Assembly (NCBI GenBank): GCA_963804975.1
Contig: CAWDSG010000002.1
Coordinates: 53,554 to 117,553 of the forward strand
DNA: 64,000 nt
Direction of reading: 5' to 3'
Source: an uncultured bacterium
Lineage (GTDB): Bacteria; Patescibacteriota; Minisyncoccia; Phycocordibacterales; GWA1-40-21
Shown here: piece after piece, positions 38,141 through 48,803 of the stretch
Layout of the letters: each line of letters starts with the position of its first letter
Numbering within the stretch: the stretch's first letter is position 1
Made by a program: the position numbers and the translations under genes
The notes under the pieces: generated by a model
What the model was told of the DNA's origin: nothing
Database searches by the model: none
The model's input: the letters and a program-made list of their open reading frames with translations, nothing else

Positions 38141-39892
38141 ATGCGCATAGATTCAAAACAACTGAAAGATTTTTTAATAGATTCCGGCCTTATTACCCGG
38201 AGCGAATATGACGATATTGAAAAACAGATTGAAAAGGGCGCTTCAAAAGACGCTATTGAAAAAGTCCTGGTCAGCGAGGGGAAAATCTCCGAGGATGATT
38301 TGCGCCGCGCGCAGGCGTATGTTTTCGGCATACCGTTTGTGGATTTGAAGGATCAGAAAATAGATTTTTCGGTCCTTTCCCTTATTCCGGAGCCGGTGGC
38401 GAGAAAAAATAACATTATCGCTTTCAAAAAAAATCCTGATTCCCTTGAAGTGGCGATGCTTGATACCAACGATCTTTCTTCCATTGAATTCATAAAAAAG
38501 AAAGTCGGTTTGAGGATTCTGCCGCGGCTTACCGATACCGAATCCATCAAAAGCGCAATCTTACAATACCAAAAAAGCTTGAAGGCCGAATTCGGCGACC
38601 TGATACAGAAAGATATCCTTGCCCTGAAAAATGCCGGCGAGCTCGGAGATCTTGGAGAAGGATCTTTAAAAAAAATAGCAGAAGACCTGCCGGTTGTGCG
38701 CATCGTGGAAACGCTCCTGAAACATGCTATTTTACAGAACGCATCCGATATTCACATAGAGTGCATGGAAAACGATTTGCTCATACGTTATCGCATAGAC
38801 GGCATTTTGCACGATGCTATGATTCTGCCTAAAATCGCGGCGACATCCATTACGGCGAGGATCAAAGTGCTTTCAAACCTGAAGCTTGACGAAAAACGCC
38901 TTCCGCAGGACGGGCGATTCAAGATAGAAATAAACGGCGAAAAAGTTTCTTTCAGGGTTTCAATCATTCCGACTTATTTCGGAGAAAAAACCGTCATGAG
39001 ATTGCTCCGGGAAAACGTCGGCAATTATTCTTTGGAATCAATGGGTTTCCACGGCGAGAATCTTGAAAGAATCCACGAGGCAATGAGGCGCGCAAACGGC
39101 ATGATTCTCACGACCGGCCCGACCGGCAGCGGAAAAACCACGACGCTTTACACGATTCTTGAATTGCTCAACACTCCCGATGTGAATATCGCGACCATTG
39201 AAGACCCGATTGAATATCAGGTATCTCGGATAAATCAGACGCAAGTGAAGCCCGATATCGGCTTTTCTTTTTCAAACGGACTTCGCGCTCTTGTGAGGCA
39301 GGATCCGGATATCATAATGGTCGGAGAAATCAGAGACAATGAAACCGCTTCGCTTGCCGTCAATGCCGCGCTCACGGGTCACTTGGTGCTTTCAACGCTT
39401 CACACGAATTCCGCTTCTGGCGCGGTTCCTCGGCTTATTGATATGAAAATAGAGCCATTTCTTTTGGTTTCCACAATTAATATCGTCATGGCGCAAAGAT
39501 TGGTCAGGAAACTTTGCAAAACCAAGAGCAAATATATTCTTTCAAAAATTGAACTTGCTTCGCTTGCAAAAATCGTAGACCTGGACCGCGTGCTCGCTGT
39601 GCTCAAATCGGAAAATATTGTCGGAAAGGATGACGATTGGCCAACGATATATTTTTACAAGGCAACCGAATCGGCGGAATCTAAAGACGGCTACAGCAGC
39701 AGAATCGGCATCCACGAAGTGATGAAAATGTCGCCAACGATACAGAATCTGGTCATGAAAGGCGCGACGTCGCAGGAAATAGAGAACCAATCCAAAAAAG
39801 AAGGCATGATTACTATGGTTGAAGACGGAATTTTCAAATGCGTTCAAGGTTTGACGACGATTGAAGAGGTCTTAAGAGTGGTAACGGAATAA
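38141..39892 (+). CDS. pilB: Type IV pilus assembly ATPase PilB/GspE, copy 2
   Basis: ASDIHIE, RLPQDGRF, GPTGSGKTTTLY, RQDPDIIMVGEIRD; upstream of pilC and pilins. Confidence 0.9.
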   Translation: MRIDSKQLKDFLIDSGLITRSEYDDIEKQIEKGASKDAIEKVLVSEGKISEDDLRRAQAYVFGIPFVDLKDQKIDFSVLSLIPEPVARKNNIIAFKKNPDSLEVAMLDTNDLSSIEFIKKKVGLRILPRLTDTESIKSAILQYQKSLKAEFGDLIQKDILALKNAGELGDLGEGSLKKIAEDLPVVRIVETLLKHAILQNASDIHIECMENDLLIRYRIDGILHDAMILPKIAATSITARIKVLSNLKLDEKRLPQDGRFKIEINGEKVSFRVSIIPTYFGEKTVMRLLRENVGNYSLESMGFHGENLERIHEAMRRANGMILTTGPTGSGKTTTLYTILELLNTPDVNIATIEDPIEYQVSRINQTQVKPDIGFSFSNGLRALVRQDPDIIMVGEIRDNETASLAVNAALTGHLVLSTLHTNSASGAVPRLIDMKIEPFLLVSTINIVMAQRLVRKLCKTKSKYILSKIELASLAKIVDLDRVLAVLKSENIVGKDDDWPTIYFYKATESAESKDGYSSRIGIHEVMKMSPTIQNLVMKGATSQEIENQSKKEGMITMVEDGIFKCVQGLTTIEEVLRVVTE

Positions 39893-39934
39893 AAAAATTT
39901 CACTAAGATTTGGTTTGATACACCAATATTTCAT

Positions 39935-40330
39935 ATGATTAAGAAACTTATAAAAATAGTATTTTGGCTCGTTTTTATTTATTCTATAATTTTATTTTTA
40001 TCAACATCAGTTTTTGATAACTATTTAAGAAATAATCTTAATATTGATCCATATTTATATATGAAGAATATTAATATTGTAATGTTATTAGGATTTCTGC
40101 TTATTGCTTTGTTTATCTATATTATTGGACAAATGATTTTTAATCACATAAAGAATAAAAAAACAGGATTACCAGCTGGTCAAATTATTGCAACAAAGTA
40201 TGTCATATTAAGCATGATTTTATTTGTTCTTACATTTTTTAATTGGATATATTTAACTGCAGTATTTCAGCCAATGTGTGGAAATTGCTCAGCATCAACT
40301 CCTAATGTTCAGCAAATTCCAAAAATATAA
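39935..40330 (+). CDS. Small 3-TM membrane protein
   Basis: Hydrophobic segments, low GC. Confidence 0.6.
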   Translation: MIKKLIKIVFWLVFIYSIILFLSTSVFDNYLRNNLNIDPYLYMKNINIVMLLGFLLIALFIYIIGQMIFNHIKNKKTGLPAGQIIATKYVILSMILFVLTFFNWIYLTAVFQPMCGNCSASTPNVQQIPKI

Positions 40331-40385
40331 TTTCTATTCCGCTGACTGAAGGAAGTTAAAACTTGTTTTGTGATACAATTTAAAC

Positions 40386-40868
40386 ATGAAAAAGACAAAT
40401 ATCTATATTGATGGCAACAATTTATATCGTTCAGCTAAAGAATTAGGTTTTGAGATTGATTATAAAAAGTTAAGAGGTTGGCTTCGGCAGAAATATAATC
40501 CAACTGCTGTTTATCTCTTTATCGGACTCGTGCCGGAAAGGGTGAAGTTTTACGAGCATCTGCAAAGCTGCGGTTATGTTTTGGTATTCAAACAGACCGT
40601 TTCCATCGGAGAAAAAGTGAAGGGAAATTGTGATGCTGAATTAGTATTAAAAACCGCGTCTGATTTTTATGAAAAATCTTTTTCTTCCTGCATTCTTATA
40701 ACAGGGGATGGTGATTTTGGTTGTCTAGTTGAATTTCTGCGGGAAAAGAAAGCGATTGAGCGTGTCATCGCACCAGATGAAAAGAAATGTTCAATTTTAC
40801 TAAAAAACAAAAACATAGAAATCACCTTTTTGAATAATTTGTATCATAAATTTTCAAGTAAGATCTAA
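40386..40868 (+). CDS. NYN domain (LabA/DUF88, PIN-like) ribonuclease
   Basis: IYIDGNNL, KGNCDAEL, TGDGDF. Confidence 0.88.
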   Translation: MKKTNIYIDGNNLYRSAKELGFEIDYKKLRGWLRQKYNPTAVYLFIGLVPERVKFYEHLQSCGYVLVFKQTVSIGEKVKGNCDAELVLKTASDFYEKSFSSCILITGDGDFGCLVEFLREKKAIERVIAPDEKKCSILLKNKNIEITFLNNLYHKFSSKI

Positions 40869-40923
40869 AAGAAAAAGCCCCCAATGCAGACGGATCTGCA
40901 TCAGGGTCTTTTCCGTAGTGATG
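40866..40923 (-). ncRNA. Candidate small RNA convergent with the NYN gene
   Basis: Minus-strand TTGCAT-17-TATAAT (40957-40929), bulged hairpin, U-rich end. Confidence 0.45.
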
Positions 40924-41113
40924 CCAATATTATATACCTGCCATATCTTTTATGCAAGTAGCTGTATAGGGAATTGAAAAAGTTCACTTCTGCTCCACTA
41001 GCTAGAGGAAGTAAGAACACATTTTATTTTTGACAACGTACATTCAATATGATATTCTATGCATGAATTAAGTAATAAATAAAGTAATAAATACGATTAA
41101 GGAGAATTTTATA

Positions 41114-41368
41114 ATGTTCTTTCAAAAGCTTGTGATGTGGCTTAAACAACATGTTTTTAAAGTAAAGCGGAAACAGGTTGTTTCTCAGCTAACTCTTCAA
41201 AGAGGAATTGAAAAAATCAACCATATATCTTCCATTAGCATGAAAGAGATGGAGAAATCGGGACTTATTTCTCGTCAGTCTCCAAATCACAACTTTGGAG
41301 GAGTTCATTACGATAAGGACGGTGATTGGAGTCCCAATGACTGCTCGGCAGATTGTGGCGGCCTATGA
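41114..41368 (+). CDS. Orphan small protein ending in DCSADCGGL
   Basis: AAGGAG SD, TTGACA promoter upstream, terminator downstream. Confidence 0.6.
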   Translation: MFFQKLVMWLKQHVFKVKRKQVVSQLTLQRGIEKINHISSISMKEMEKSGLISRQSPNHNFGGVHYDKDGDWSPNDCSADCGGL

Positions 41369-41543
41369 TGTTTAAAGGTCTAAGAGGTCATGTGCATAAT
41401 ATGCATCTTGACCTCTTTTTAATAGCTGATTCATTCCAAAACGATCTCAACATCGTTCTAGATAGGGGAGAACGTTTTTGGAGGAAGTCAGAATCTATTT
41501 TTTCAATAAATATGATAAAATATAGCTAGTAAATGTCTGTTAT

Positions 41544-42761
41544 ATGGAAAAATTCAAATTCAAAGCCATAGGGAAGAATAAAGAGATTTACGAGGGGATC
41601 AGGGAATCCGAAGATAAATTTTCCCTGTACAACGAACTCAAAGCGGAAGGCAGCACGCTTGTCATAGCGGAAAAAATCGGCCGCGAAAGACATTGGTTTG
41701 ATCCGATAATCGCTCTTTTCGGCGGAGTTCCGGAATACCAGAAAATAATTTTTACCAAAAATCTCGGTCATATGATTGACGCTGGGCTTCCTATCGCAAA
41801 AAGTTTGTCGGTTTTGGAAAAGCAGATTAAAAACAAACATTTCAAAAACATCATTCTTTCAATTGAAGCGGAAATCAGGAAAGGTCAGACACTCTCTGAT
41901 GCCGCGGCGATGTATCCGCATATATTTTCAAATCTGTTTGTATCCATGGTAAAGGCGGGAGAAGAGTCCGGCAAACTTTCGGAATCTCTTGGGATTGTCG
42001 GCGAGCATATGGACAGCGTGTATAAATTAAAAAAGAAAATCAGAGGAGCAATGATTTATCCGGGCATCATTATCTCTCTTATGATTGTAATCGGAATACT
42101 TATGCTTATTTATGTGGTGCCGTCGATTACGGCAACATTCGAAAGTTTGAACGAAACATTGCCGGTATATACTCAAATTTTGATTTCCTCGAGCAATTTT
42201 TTGAAAAATAATATAGCATTATCTCTTTTTTCAATCATTGCTCTTGTCCTCGTTATTTATTTTTTCTTACTTTCCAAAATCGGCAAGCGATTTTTTGATT
42301 CCGTTTCGTTGAAATTGCCCGTTATCGGAGAAATAATAAAAGAAACAAACTCGGCCAGCATGACGCGGACCATTTCGTCTTTGCTGTCTTCGGGCGTGTC
42401 ATTTGATAAAGCGATTCTTATTACGGGCGATGTGGTGGGCAACGTTTTTTTCAAGGATATTTTGAGCGAAGCAGTTATAAAGGTGGAAAAAGGGGAAACA
42501 ATATCAAGCGTTTTCCTCGCGAATACGCGTTTGGTTCCTGATTTTGTCGGAGAGATGATGGGCGTGGGGGAAGAAACCGGCCGATTGCCGTCAATGCTTA
42601 TGGAAGTCGCCGTTTTTTATGAAAATTCCGTTGATCAGAAGACAAAAGATATGTCCACCATCATTGAGCCGGTGCTTATGATAATCATCGGCATCGCAGT
42701 CGGGTTCTTTGCTCTCGCGGTTATCAAGCCGATTTACTCCGTGATGAACAACATAAGCTGA
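41544..42761 (+). CDS. pilC: Type IV pilus platform protein PilC (GspF family)
   Basis: MVKAGEESGKL, AMIYP, GEETGRL, IIEPVL. Confidence 0.93.
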   Translation: MEKFKFKAIGKNKEIYEGIRESEDKFSLYNELKAEGSTLVIAEKIGRERHWFDPIIALFGGVPEYQKIIFTKNLGHMIDAGLPIAKSLSVLEKQIKNKHFKNIILSIEAEIRKGQTLSDAAAMYPHIFSNLFVSMVKAGEESGKLSESLGIVGEHMDSVYKLKKKIRGAMIYPGIIISLMIVIGILMLIYVVPSITATFESLNETLPVYTQILISSSNFLKNNIALSLFSIIALVLVIYFFLLSKIGKRFFDSVSLKLPVIGEIIKETNSASMTRTISSLLSSGVSFDKAILITGDVVGNVFFKDILSEAVIKVEKGETISSVFLANTRLVPDFVGEMMGVGEETGRLPSMLMEVAVFYENSVDQKTKDMSTIIEPVLMIIIGIAVGFFALAVIKPIYSVMNNIS

Positions 42762-42790
42762 TTTAAAATTCAAAAATAAGTTAAGTAAAA

Positions 42791-43243
42791 ATGCGCAATT
42801 GCAGTAAAAAAAATGGATTTACGATTATTGAGCTTATAATCGTGCTTGCGATTATCGCGCTTTTAGCCGCTGTGGCAAATTTTTCTTTCTCGCAGCTCTC
42901 CGGCAGCCAGTCGGTGGACAAAGCGTCATTATCTGTATATTCAATTTTGACCAAAGCTCATTCATCAGCGGTTTCCGGAATAGACGCTTCGGATTTTGGC
43001 GTGCGGATTTTTAAAAATAAAGTCACATCTTTTGAAGGGACATACGGCAATTCGAATGCCGATTATGTTCTCTCAAATCTTGTCGCCATTGCGACATCAA
43101 GCGGAATCGGCACCGATATTATTTTCAATAATCTTTACGGCAACACAACCGCAAGCGGGACAATCAGCATATATTTGATCGCGAATCCAAAAACGTCGAG
43201 TACAATCCAGATATTTACCACAGGAGCAATCCAGAGAAATTAA
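42791..43243 (+). CDS. Type IV minor pilin (FimT/GspH-like)
   Basis: Prepilin site G|FTIIE. Confidence 0.85.
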   Translation: MRNCSKKNGFTIIELIIVLAIIALLAAVANFSFSQLSGSQSVDKASLSVYSILTKAHSSAVSGIDASDFGVRIFKNKVTSFEGTYGNSNADYVLSNLVAIATSSGIGTDIIFNNLYGNTTASGTISIYLIANPKTSSTIQIFTTGAIQRN

Positions 43244-43252
43244 AAATAAAAA

Positions 43253-43747
43253 ATGCGAAAAAATAATTTTAAAAAAGGAATAAGTCTTGTTGAAATGCTT
43301 GTGGCAATTTTTATTTTTTCCGTGGTGCTCAGCGCGCTTGTCGTTACAAGCAATATGTACCTTTCCGGAGCCGACGACAGTTTAAAATCGGCCAAAGGGG
43401 CGTATTTTGCCGAAGAGGGAATAGAAGCAATAAAAACGATCAGAGACGCAAGTTGGACGAATATTTCAACTCTTTCCACAAGCACGCTATATTATCTCTC
43501 ATTCAATATTTCTTCTTCAACGAATTATTTATGGACTACGACGACGATAGCCACATCAACCGACGGCTTTATCAGAAAAATCACTTTATCGGCCGTGAAT
43601 CGAGATTTCACGGGGCATATTGTTTCAAGCGGGGGAACAACTGATGCAAACACCAGGCTTATTGCCGTATCGGTTTCATGGCTTTCAAAGTCTGGCACGA
43701 CGACGAAATCGTTATCCACGTATATAACCAATATCATGGGAAATTAA
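43253..43747 (+). CDS. Type IV minor pilin (PilV-like)
   Basis: G|ISLVE, AEEGIEAIK. Confidence 0.85.
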   Translation: MRKNNFKKGISLVEMLVAIFIFSVVLSALVVTSNMYLSGADDSLKSAKGAYFAEEGIEAIKTIRDASWTNISTLSTSTLYYLSFNISSSTNYLWTTTTIATSTDGFIRKITLSAVNRDFTGHIVSSGGTTDANTRLIAVSVSWLSKSGTTTKSLSTYITNIMGN

Positions 43748-44289
43748 TGAAAATATTTTCTCAAAAAAAATATAAACACGGCGGCTTTACTCTTGTGGAG
43801 ATGCTTATTTATCTTGTCATTATGACGGTAATTATGGTTGCACTCGTGCGGTCGCTCGTCATTGTATTCAGTTCAAACCGGGCCTCGTTTGTCGATTCAA
43901 ATCTCAGAAATTCCGCCTATTCGGCAATGGAAAATATGATACGGGAAATCAGGGGCTCGCAGAGTATTGATGCGGTAAATAGCGTCCTGTATCCTTCTCA
44001 GTCGGGGGTCTTACAGCTTAATCAAGTTGATGCAAGCGGGAATCCGTATATCGTAAGATTTTCCATATCCAGTTCGCTTGCGCTTAATTTGAGCGAAGGT
44101 TCCGCCGCGCCGGCGCTTGTCGGACCGATTACTTCAAATGGCACCAAAGTCATTAATTTAAGCTTTGCCAAGATAAATACCGGCAATTCACAGGCAGTCA
44201 GGATTCAAATAGGCCTTTCGGCGACAGTAAACGGCCAGACAAAAAGCCAGCAGTTTTACGGTACGGTTATTTTGCGTGACTCATATTAA
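43747..44289 (+). CDS. Type IV minor pilin (PilW-like)
   Basis: G|FTLVE; ATG overlaps upstream stop. Confidence 0.85.
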   Translation: MKIFSQKKYKHGGFTLVEMLIYLVIMTVIMVALVRSLVIVFSSNRASFVDSNLRNSAYSAMENMIREIRGSQSIDAVNSVLYPSQSGVLQLNQVDASGNPYIVRFSISSSLALNLSEGSAAPALVGPITSNGTKVINLSFAKINTGNSQAVRIQIGLSATVNGQTKSQQFYGTVILRDSY

Positions 44290-44301
44290 TTTAATATTAG
44301 A

Positions 44302-46113
44302 ATGGCATTTAAAAACCCAAAAAAGAACAAAGGATTCGCAATGCTTGCCACAGCAATTGTATTTGCTCTGGCATCGGTTGTAATCGTGTTTGGGCTTACC
44401 ACGCCGATCATAAAACAAATTCTTCTTTCGCAGGATATTTGGTCGGCAAAGCAAAGTTATTATCTTTCGGAAGCCGGAGCCGAAGATGTTCTCTACCGGC
44501 TCAAAAGCGCTTCATTTACATCTTATGTCGGTTCAATGGAGCCGATAACACTCAACGGTTTTGGAGCTACAACAACACTTTCCGGATCGCTTAGCGGCAT
44601 AGACGGCATGACTCTTACAACACTATCAAATCAAAGCGGATATGATAAAAAAATTCAGACAAAAGTGAAACAAGGTTCCGGTGTTTCTTTCACATACGGC
44701 GTGCAAGTCGGAACAGGCGGAATCACGTTCAACAGCAGCGGAAAAATACTCGGCAATGTTTTTTCGGGAGGGAATATTGTCTCAAATAACTCTGCAGCGG
44801 CTATCACCGGAAGCGCAATTGTGTCGGATAGCCCGAGCATAATTTCAGATCAATCAAACGACGATCCGCCTGCGCCTTCAAATCAGATTATTTTCGGAAA
44901 TGCAGCAGCTACACAGGATATCGCTCAGAGTTTCCAAGTATCCACTTCCTCTCCGATCACGCAGATTTCTTTGTATTTAAAAAAGAACGGAGCTCCTTCA
45001 AATGTAACGGTGAAAATAGTGAAAGACAGCGGCGGATCGCCAAGCGGTAATTCTTCCGATGTTATCGCATCCGGCCCGCTTAATTCCTCGCTTGTCACGG
45101 CAAATTATGACTGGGTTGATGTGGCGCTTTCGCCGAATCCTTCTCTGACTGTCGGCATAAAATATTGGATCGTGCTTGACGGTTCCACTGGTTCGGCATC
45201 AATTGATTATATTATCGGCGCGAATCTTGATACAAGTTATGCTTTAGGAACTTCAAAGACAGGTTCGCTTGGCGGAAGCTGGTCGAATACCGGTTATGAT
45301 GCGTATTTTCGCTTGTATCTCGGCGGGTTTTTTGGACAAATTATCGGCGATGGCCAGTACAATCCTTTGCATATCGGAACGGTCGGCACGGATATGGCGT
45401 GGGCGCATAGTGCAACTTATGTAAGCGTCACAGGACCGCTCAGATGCCAAGATGAACTGTTAAATAACAAAGCATGCGATCAGTCATACGATGATCCGTC
45501 GCCGGCATCGTATCCGGTTTCAAGCGGAAATATTACTGCGTGGGAAGCTGAAGCGGCAGCCGGAGGAACGATAAACGGCACTTATGAATATACCGATTCG
45601 TCAACGCATTCGCTCGGTCCGAAAAAAATCGTCGGCAATCTGCATATCGGCGGGTCCGTTACGCTTAACATCACCGGAACACTTTATGTAACAGGCAGTG
45701 TTACGATTGATGGTTCTGGGAAAGTGCAGCTCGCGTCTTCATACGGAACGAACAGCGGCATTCTTGTCACTGACGGGACAGTTACGATCGGAGGCAGCGG
45801 CAAGGCAGACGGCGACGGACAGACAGGAAGTTATCTTATGATTATCACTACAAGCAATTGCGCCGGCGGTTCCACATGCGGAGGATCGTATGCAGTAAGT
45901 GTGTCCGGCGGCTCCGGAGCAATCGTTTTGAATGCGCAGAATGGCACAATCGACCTTTCCGGCAGCGCAGCCATAAATGAAGCGACCGCAAAGCAGCTTA
46001 TCATAGACGGAAATACGACAATTACATACCAAAACGGCCTTGCAAATCCGAATTTTTCCACAGGGCCGTCCGGAAGCTTCAACATCACGGATTGGAGGGA
46101 GCTCTCCAATTAA
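44302..46113 (+). CDS. PilX-like pilin with large adhesin-like C-terminal domains
   Basis: G|FAMLA (no E5), SYYLSEAGAED, G/S/T-rich beta domains, terminal WRE. Confidence 0.8.
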   Translation: MAFKNPKKNKGFAMLATAIVFALASVVIVFGLTTPIIKQILLSQDIWSAKQSYYLSEAGAEDVLYRLKSASFTSYVGSMEPITLNGFGATTTLSGSLSGIDGMTLTTLSNQSGYDKKIQTKVKQGSGVSFTYGVQVGTGGITFNSSGKILGNVFSGGNIVSNNSAAAITGSAIVSDSPSIISDQSNDDPPAPSNQIIFGNAAATQDIAQSFQVSTSSPITQISLYLKKNGAPSNVTVKIVKDSGGSPSGNSSDVIASGPLNSSLVTANYDWVDVALSPNPSLTVGIKYWIVLDGSTGSASIDYIIGANLDTSYALGTSKTGSLGGSWSNTGYDAYFRLYLGGFFGQIIGDGQYNPLHIGTVGTDMAWAHSATYVSVTGPLRCQDELLNNKACDQSYDDPSPASYPVSSGNITAWEAEAAAGGTINGTYEYTDSSTHSLGPKKIVGNLHIGGSVTLNITGTLYVTGSVTIDGSGKVQLASSYGTNSGILVTDGTVTIGGSGKADGDGQTGSYLMIITTSNCAGGSTCGGSYAVSVSGGSGAIVLNAQNGTIDLSGSAAINEATAKQLIIDGNTTITYQNGLANPNFSTGPSGSFNITDWRELSN

Positions 46114-46172
46114 ATTTACGGCTAAATTTCCGCTTCTTTTAAAAAGTTTATACACGTGCTATCATTTATTTT

Positions 46173-47336
46173 ATGGATAAAGACAACAAATTTGTCGTAA
46201 ATATAACTCCCGGCTCATTTTTGAAAGGCATTCTGATCATTTTGCTTTTCTGGTTTCTTTTTTATGTAAAAGACGTAGTGCTTGTCGTATTGACCGCGGT
46301 GGTCCTTGCTTCGGGAATCGAGCCCCTCATACAATGGTTCAAGAAATTAAAAGTGAAGAGGCTTCCGGCAGCGATCATTTCTTATGTCTGCTTATTTTTT
46401 ATTTTTGCCGGACTCATGTTTTTTTTCGTTCCGGCAGTTTTGAACGAAACATCTTCTTTTCTGACCGCCTTGCCGAAATACCTTGATTCAACGACTCTTT
46501 GGAATCCTCTCAATATTTCAAGTACTGATGTTTCCGCATCTCAAAAAGTCGTTCAAAGCGTATCGGAAGGAATCAGCAATCCAAGCCAGCTTGTGAAAAA
46601 CATTTCGGGAAACTCTAATGTGAGCGTTGCCAGCTCGAATTTCGGCATCGGAGATCTGATCAAGAGCGTTCAGGATATCACTTCAAATGTCGCCGGCGGA
46701 TTTGTAAAAGTCGTAAGTACTGTGTTCGGCGGACTTCTTTCATTTATTTTGATTATTATCCTGTCTTTTTATCTTGTTGTGCAGGAAGACGGCGTTGCCA
46801 AATTTTTGGGTCTTGTGACACCGATCAAACACGAAAAATATGTGGTTGATCTTTGGAAGCGGTCGCAGAAAAAAATCGGCCAATGGATGCAAGGGCAGCT
46901 TTTGCTCGGCGTGCTTGTCGGCGTGCTGCTTTATCTCGGACTTGTAATTCTCGGAGTCAATAATGCTCTCTTGCTTGCCGTTGTCTCCGGGATGCTTGAA
47001 ATCATACCGGTTTTCGGCCCGATTATCGCTTCCATCCCTTCCATTATCATGGGATTTGTCGGTGGAGGAATAACCGCGGCGCTTCTTGTTGCCGGGCTTT
47101 ATCTTATTGTCCAGCAATTTGAAAGCAACCTTATTTATCCGCTTGTGGTAAGAAAAATCGTCGGTGTTTCACCGATCCTTGTCATTCTCGCCCTTATCAT
47201 CGGCGCAAAACTCGCGGGATTTCTCGGCATTGTTCTTGCTGTGCCGACTGTTTCCACTCTTATGGAATTTCTTGATGATATAGACAGGAGAAAAACGCTA
47301 TTTTGGAAAAAAGCCGAAGAGCTTGAAAAATTATAA
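46173..47336 (+). CDS. AI-2E family transporter
   Basis: Multi-[18 protein letters not shown]. Confidence 0.88.
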   Translation: MDKDNKFVVNITPGSFLKGILIILLFWFLFYVKDVVLVVLTAVVLASGIEPLIQWFKKLKVKRLPAAIISYVCLFFIFAGLMFFFVPAVLNETSSFLTALPKYLDSTTLWNPLNISSTDVSASQKVVQSVSEGISNPSQLVKNISGNSNVSVASSNFGIGDLIKSVQDITSNVAGGFVKVVSTVFGGLLSFILIIILSFYLVVQEDGVAKFLGLVTPIKHEKYVVDLWKRSQKKIGQWMQGQLLLGVLVGVLLYLGLVILGVNNALLLAVVSGMLEIIPVFGPIIASIPSIIMGFVGGGITAALLVAGLYLIVQQFESNLIYPLVVRKIVGVSPILVILALIIGAKLAGFLGIVLAVPTVSTLMEFLDDIDRRKTLFWKKAEELEKL

Positions 47337-47341
47337 CTGCC

Positions 47342-48802
47342 GTGATCGAATTAAATTCAAAAAAATTTTATATAACGACAACTTTGGCGTACGTGAATTC
47401 CGATCCTCATGTTGGCTTTGCAATGGAACTTATTAGGGCGGATATAATTGCGCGGTACAAAAAACTGCAAGGATACGAAGTATTTTTCAATACAGGCACG
47501 GATGAGCATGGACAGAAGATTTACAATAAAGCAATTGAAAACGGAAAAACTCCTCAAGAACAGGTCAATGAATATACTGAGAAATTTAAAGCGCTCATTC
47601 CTCTTCTCGACATATCTCCGGACGTTGTTTTTACGAGAACGACGGATAAGCATCATATCAAATCGGCCGAGGATTTCTGGAAGCTTTGCTATAAGAACGG
47701 TTTTATTTACAAAAAGAATTACACAATCAATTATTGCGTCGGATGCGAGCTTGAAAAATCAAATTCAGAGCTTGTCGACGGCAAATGCCCGCTTCATCCG
47801 AATTTGGAAATAGAGCACATTGAGGAAGAAAATTATTTTTTCAAATTCTCGGCATTCCAGCAGAAACTTTTGGATTTGTATAAAAATAATCCTGATTTTG
47901 TAATCCCGGCGCACAGATTGAATGAAATAAAAGCTTTTGTTGAAAGAGGTTTGCAAGATTTCAGCATTTCAAGATTGAAAGAAAAAATGCCGTGGGGCAT
48001 TGAAGTACCGGGCGATAAAGAGCAGGTTATGTATGTCTGGTTTGATGCGCTTGTGAATTATATTTCCGCCATCGGCTGGCCAGATGATATAAAAAAATTC
48101 AATACTTGGCACAATAAAGAAAACGGAATGGTGCAATACTGCGGAAAAGACAATCTCCGCCAGCAATCGGCGATGTGGCAGGCGATGCTTATGGCTGCAG
48201 ATTTACCCGCTTCAAAAACCATTGTTATAGACGGTTTTGTTACAGGCGAAGGCGGAGTGAAAATGTCAAAATCTCTCGGAAATACCATCGATCCAACTGA
48301 TATAGTCAATGAATATGGTGCTGACGTCTTGCGTTTGTATGTTGCAAAAGAAATCGCTCCGTTTGAAGACACTCCATTTACCAAAAAAAGTTTTCATGAC
48401 GCGTATAATGCGAATCTCGCGAATGGGTTGGGGAATTTGGTAAGCAGGATAATGAAGATGGCATCAGTACATCTTGATAAACCAATAGTCGCTAAAAATA
48501 CCAAGGTAGTTTTTCCGCTTTATATTGCAGAGGCTATCAATAAATTTAATTTACAACTTGCCATAAATAGTATTTGGATAAATATTTCCCAGCTTGATGA
48601 AATGATACAAAAAGAACAGCCTTTTAAGGTAATAAAATTAAATAAAGAAAAAGGCATAGAAATTATTGAAAAGATGGTGAAAGAATTGTTTTTGATAGCA
48701 AAACTTCTTGAACCTTTTATGCCACAAACCTCTGAAATAATCAGTAATCTCATTTTATCCAATAAAATGCCGGAAAAACCACTATTTGTTCGAAAAGATT
48801 AA
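47342..48802 (+). CDS. metG: Methionyl-tRNA synthetase
   Basis: YITT..YVN..PHVG, GTDEHG, YVWFDAL.NY, KMSKS. Confidence 0.95.
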   Translation: MIELNSKKFYITTTLAYVNSDPHVGFAMELIRADIIARYKKLQGYEVFFNTGTDEHGQKIYNKAIENGKTPQEQVNEYTEKFKALIPLLDISPDVVFTRTTDKHHIKSAEDFWKLCYKNGFIYKKNYTINYCVGCELEKSNSELVDGKCPLHPNLEIEHIEEENYFFKFSAFQQKLLDLYKNNPDFVIPAHRLNEIKAFVERGLQDFSISRLKEKMPWGIEVPGDKEQVMYVWFDALVNYISAIGWPDDIKKFNTWHNKENGMVQYCGKDNLRQQSAMWQAMLMAADLPASKTIVIDGFVTGEGGVKMSKSLGNTIDPTDIVNEYGADVLRLYVAKEIAPFEDTPFTKKSFHDAYNANLANGLGNLVSRIMKMASVHLDKPIVAKNTKVVFPLYIAEAINKFNLQLAINSIWINISQLDEMIQKEQPFKVIKLNKEKGIEIIEKMVKELFLIAKLLEPFMPQTSEIISNLILSNKMPEKPLFVRKD

Positions 48803-48803
48803 T

